Below are positions 60,647-64,000 of a stretch of 64,000 bases of DNA, in pieces. Numbering within the stretch: the first letter of the stretch is position 1; every line of letters starts with the position of its first letter. The position numbers were made by a program, and so were the translations under genes. Under the pieces are notes generated by a model. It saw nothing but the letters and a program-made list of their open reading frames with translations. It searched no databases and was not told the origin of the DNA. This DNA comes from Longimicrobiales bacterium. Its GTDB lineage: Bacteria; Gemmatimonadota; Gemmatimonadetes; Longimicrobiales; Gaopeijiaceae. The stretch spans positions 1,920,001 through 1,984,000 of the forward strand of contig CBDBCF010000001.1 in the NCBI GenBank assembly GCA_965202985.1, read 5' to 3'.

Positions 60647-61450
60647 ATGCACGCCGACACGCCTGGATGCCTCTTCGCCGGAAGCCGACTGGTGCTGGCC
60701 GAAGGCGCGCGGGCGTTGCCCCCGTGGCGTCTTGTGGCGCGCTGGGCCGCGGACGACCCCGCGTGCTTTCCGGTGCGGGCGGGTCGGGGCCGAGCAATGG
60801 CTGGATTGGCCGTCCCCGGCTGGATGCTCCCGCCGGGTTGGACCGCAATCGGGATGCGCAGCGTCTTGAGCCGGTTGGTCCAGCCCGAGCTTGCCCTGGC
60901 CCTCAAGGCCGCCCACTTGGCGCGCTGGCGTCGGACCTCGCGCTTCTGCGGCGAGTGCGGCACGCGGACGGCCCTGGCGGCTCGCCACCAAGCCATGGAG
61001 TGTCCGTCGTGCGGCCGCTTGGCGTTCCCCAAGATATCCCCCGCCGTGATCGTGCAAGTCACCCGAGGCGATCGCCTGCTTCTGGGCCGCTCGCGCCGCC
61101 ATCCGCCCGGCGGCTGGTCCGTGCTGGCCGGCTTCGTGGACCCCGGCGAGAGCCTGGAAGACGCGGTGCGGCGCGAGATCCGAGAAGAGGCCGGGGTGCG
61201 CGTGGGCGATGTGCGCTACTTCGGCAGCCAACCGTGGCCGTTCCCGGACTCGCTCATGGTCGGCTTCACGGCGCAGCACCTGGACGGCGCCCTGCAGCGG
61301 CTGGACGGCGAGCTGGAGGAGCTGGCGTGGTTCGGACCCGGCGAACTGCCTCCCGTGCCCCCACCCCACAGCATCGCGCGGGCCTTAGTGGACGACTTCG
61401 CCCGACGTCGCGGCGGCGACCCGGCGAAGCTGGCAACCTGGGGTCGGTGA
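60647..61450 (+). CDS. nudC: NAD(+)/NADH diphosphatase
   Basis: FCGECG...CPSCG Zn ribbon, Nudix box AGFVDPGESLEDAVRREIREEAG, and SQPWPFPDS. Confidence 0.9.
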   Translation: MHADTPGCLFAGSRLVLAEGARALPPWRLVARWAADDPACFPVRAGRGRAMAGLAVPGWMLPPGWTAIGMRSVLSRLVQPELALALKAAHLARWRRTSRFCGECGTRTALAARHQAMECPSCGRLAFPKISPAVIVQVTRGDRLLLGRSRRHPPGGWSVLAGFVDPGESLEDAVRREIREEAGVRVGDVRYFGSQPWPFPDSLMVGFTAQHLDGALQRLDGELEELAWFGPGELPPVPPPHSIARALVDDFARRRGGDPAKLATWGR

Positions 61451-61541
61451 CCGCGCCTTCTCTTGCGGCCTCTGGGACGCTGTACGATCATGTTCGCGAA
61501 ACCGCAACCGCCGAAGCCGTCCCCGAGGGAGTGAACCGATC

Positions 61542-61913
61542 ATGACCCGACGCCGCCTGACGACCCTGCCCATCGCGCTCCTGCTGGCGGGATGCGCCAG
61601 CGCCCCGCAAGGACCGCCCCCCTTCGACCCCACAGGAACCTACGCGTACAGCGCCAGCGTGGAGGGCATGGCGATCTCCGGCACCATGACGATCGACGGC
61701 GCCGACGGGGCCTACGGAGGGCAGCTGCTCAGCGACATGGCGCCGCCGATTCCCATCAACTCCGTCGTCGTGGACGGCCAAGCCGTCACAATCGAAGCGT
61801 CCGGCCCCCAAGGCCCCCTGACGATCCAAGTCACAGCTAGCGGCAGCAGCGTGGAGGGCACGTGGACCATGGCCGGCATGAGCGGCTCGTTCTCGGGGAC
61901 CAAGACGAATTGA
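61542..61913 (+). CDS. hypothetical lipoprotein
   Basis: Lipobox LLAGC after a hydrophobic signal; beta-rich mature part. Confidence 0.7.
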   Translation: MTRRRLTTLPIALLLAGCASAPQGPPPFDPTGTYAYSASVEGMAISGTMTIDGADGAYGGQLLSDMAPPIPINSVVVDGQAVTIEASGPQGPLTIQVTASGSSVEGTWTMAGMSGSFSGTKTN

Positions 61914-62040
61914 AGCGGATCGCAGGCCTCGCAGCGATCAGGGGCTGAGCCCGCTGGTCCCGCACATGGCCCGGCGGCCTGCGCTCTAGTGCCGGGCACC
62001 GTAGATCCCTGTCGCTAGCCAACGGAGAGGAGCAACCAAG

Positions 62041-63105
62041 ATGATCATGACCGCCACCGACGCTCGAGGCCGACTGCTGGCTTATCTTGACACGCCGTAC
62101 ACGGAACCGCTGTTCGTGCTTGGCGACGCCGCCGGCGTGCTGAGGACTTTTCCATCAAACGTATTCGACTGCTGTATGACAAGCCCCCCGTACTGGGGGA
62201 AACGCGAGTATGCCGACGCTGGCATCGGCCTCGAGAATCACTACGGCGATTTCATCGACAACTTGGTGGCCGTGTGCGCCGAAATCAAGCGGGTCCTTCG
62301 GCCCACCGGCTCGTTCTGGCTCAACATCGGCGACTCCTACTACCGCAGGCAACTGCTTGGGATACCCTGGCGAGTCGCCCTCGAGCTAACGGACAAGCAA
62401 GGCTGGACCCTGCGCAACAACATTGTGTGGAACAAGGTGAAGGGCGGACCCGACAACACCAAGGACCGCCTCCGTAACGTGCACGAGCATATTTTTCACT
62501 TTGTCGCGACGCCCCGTAGATACTACTACAATGCAGACGCGATTCGCAGCACGCCGACGAAGGCGCGGGTGGTTAATGGATCTGTCGTTTCGGCGACCGG
62601 CGTCCGAGGGATTCGTTACAAGCGGCAGATACAGCTGTCCACAGCTCTAGCCGATGGTGAAAAGGACTCCGCCTGTCGGGCGCTTGACGCCATGCTGGAC
62701 CGCGTGCGCAAGAACGAAATCGCGGATTTTCGCATGATCATCCGTGGCCAGCAAAGGACTACGCACTCGGAATCCGAGAAGGTGTCCGGCCGAGCCAGGG
62801 AACTTCGCGACAAGGGCTACTATTTTCTCCGCTACCACCCCAAAGGCAGCAAACCGTCCGACGTATGGGACATACTTCCCGAAGACAGTCAAAATCGGAA
62901 GGGCCATTTTGCCCCTTATCCCAAGGATCTGTGCAAGATACCGATCATGGCTACCTGCCCCGCTGGTGGGCTGGTGCTCGATCCATTCTGCGGAACAGGA
63001 ACCACGATGGCTGTAGCCAGCGACCTAGGCAGAAAATCAGTGGGCGTGGACGTATCTGGCGAGTACCTCGGGATTGCGAAAGAACGGAGCATGACGCTTC
63101 TGTGA
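62041..63105 (+). CDS. beta-class amino DNA methyltransferase (likely N4-cytosine)
   Basis: TSPPY (motif IV) precedes LDPFCGTGTT (motif I); HFAPYP; GAGGAG RBS. Confidence 0.9.
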   Translation: MIMTATDARGRLLAYLDTPYTEPLFVLGDAAGVLRTFPSNVFDCCMTSPPYWGKREYADAGIGLENHYGDFIDNLVAVCAEIKRVLRPTGSFWLNIGDSYYRRQLLGIPWRVALELTDKQGWTLRNNIVWNKVKGGPDNTKDRLRNVHEHIFHFVATPRRYYYNADAIRSTPTKARVVNGSVVSATGVRGIRYKRQIQLSTALADGEKDSACRALDAMLDRVRKNEIADFRMIIRGQQRTTHSESEKVSGRARELRDKGYYFLRYHPKGSKPSDVWDILPEDSQNRKGHFAPYPKDLCKIPIMATCPAGGLVLDPFCGTGTTMAVASDLGRKSVGVDVSGEYLGIAKERSMTLL

Positions 63106-63781
63106 GTGATGTCGTCGAGTTGTTTGGATATCCGACTAACGACTCCGCACGCGTGCCGATTGCCTGCATCTCTTGTCGCGGCATGAGCCCGGAAACGAAA
63201 TCCATGTTGTATCGGAAATGACCGTACCTGGAGGCAGTGTCGATTATGTTCTTGTCTCTGCTCGAAATGGACAGGTAGCAGATTTCGTCGGCATCGAGCT
63301 CCAGACCTTGGACACTACCGGCACGGTGTGGCCTGCGCGACAACACTTTCTTGGTAGTGTGGGCGTTGGCGAAGTTCGAGAAGACGATGTTTGCCGTCGG
63401 GGCTACGGGATGAATTGGAAGATGACAGCCAAGACGATCTTGATCCAGCTCCATCACAAGCTCCGAACGTTCGAAGCGATTGATCAGACACTCGTGCTTG
63501 TTGTTCAGGATCACTTGTTGCAATACCTCCGCAGGGAATTCAACTTCTCTCACGTCGCTGACGTACGGCAGATCGATTCGATGCATTTTCATGCCTATGC
63601 AATGAATCTCGGAGCCGACGGCAGTTTTGAGCTACAACTGGACATGCGAGCAAGCACGGATTCGGAGGGCATTGCCACATGCCTTGGACTTAGAGCAGAA
63701 CCAGACGTTGGATTGGAGAAGATCGTCCGACAGCTTGAGGATAGACTGTCCGACCAGACGCTGTTTCGTCTGGATTCATGA
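63102..63781 (+). pseudogene. NotI/EagI-like restriction endonuclease, N-terminally deleted/frameshifted
   Basis: GTG 63102 (VSDVVELFG) is out of frame with ...DCLHLLSRHEPGNE..GSVDYVL..IELQTLDTTG..MNWKMT..QLHHK. Confidence 0.65.
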
Positions 63782-63782
63782 G

Positions 63783-64000
63783 ATGACGGCCGTGGCGGAG
63801 TCGGGTAGCGCGAAGAAGAACATCCCGCCGGTGTTGGTGCTGAGCACGGGACGGTGCGGTTCCACCATGCTGTCCGATATTCTGAACACGCACCCGCACG
63901 TGCTCAGTTTGTCCGAGACCTTCACGACGGTGGGCCAGGGGCCGTTCCGTCGCCGCTTGTGCAGTGGAAGGCACATCTGGCGGGCTCTAAGCCGCCAGTC
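63783..64000 (+). CDS. sulfotransferase family protein (runs off window end)
   Basis: Not in ORF track. Reads MTAVAES...VLVLSTGRCGSTMLSDILNTHPHVLSLSE, the 5'-PSB loop pattern of PAPS-dependent sulfotransferases. Confidence 0.7.
   Translation, partial: MTAVAESGSAKKNIPPVLVLSTGRCGSTMLSDILNTHPHVLSLSETFTTVGQGPFRRRLCSGRHIWRALSRQ

Noticed and set aside
37333..64000. A single window-wide sulfur pathway (desulfurase, MoeB, SulP, molybdoenzyme, sulfotransferase)
   Set aside because: The genes lie in separate transcription units with different base composition. Co-location alone is not evidence of one pathway.
1..64000. tRNA, rRNA, prophage or integrase genes
   Set aside because: None recognised by eye. 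A tRNAscan/Infernal run would be needed to exclude small RNAs.

Overview
High-GC bacterial chromosomal segment. Gene content is consistent with a Gemmatimonadota-like, possibly host-associated organism, but this is inference only. The core regions carry housekeeping genes: a pho/pst operon (with phoR and pstS in one reading frame), msrB, recQ, acyl-CoA dehydrogenase, amidohydrolases, penicillin acylase, moeB, a molybdoenzyme/NrfD/TorD/SulP cluster and nudC. Three visibly lower-GC inserts interrupt them: about 18.1-20.3 kb (putative beta-propeller genes), about 26.6-40.0 kb (IS-riddled defence-like island) and about 62.0-63.8 kb (MTase plus an inactivated NotI-like nuclease). The most notable feature is a tightly packed minus-strand operon in the 28-40 kb island: PP-loop/PAPS-reductase-like Cys-rich protein, cysteine desulfurase, GHKL ATPase, two unknown proteins, [nested IS debris between two CTAG sites], a small ORF, and a DUF262-HNH (GmrSD/SspE-like) nuclease. 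It looks like a sulfur-based DNA modification/restriction system whose composition matches none of Dnd, Ssp, Tdp or BREX type 4 as I know them. No rRNA, tRNA or CRISPR array was recognised. All family calls come from motif recognition by eye, not from database searches.
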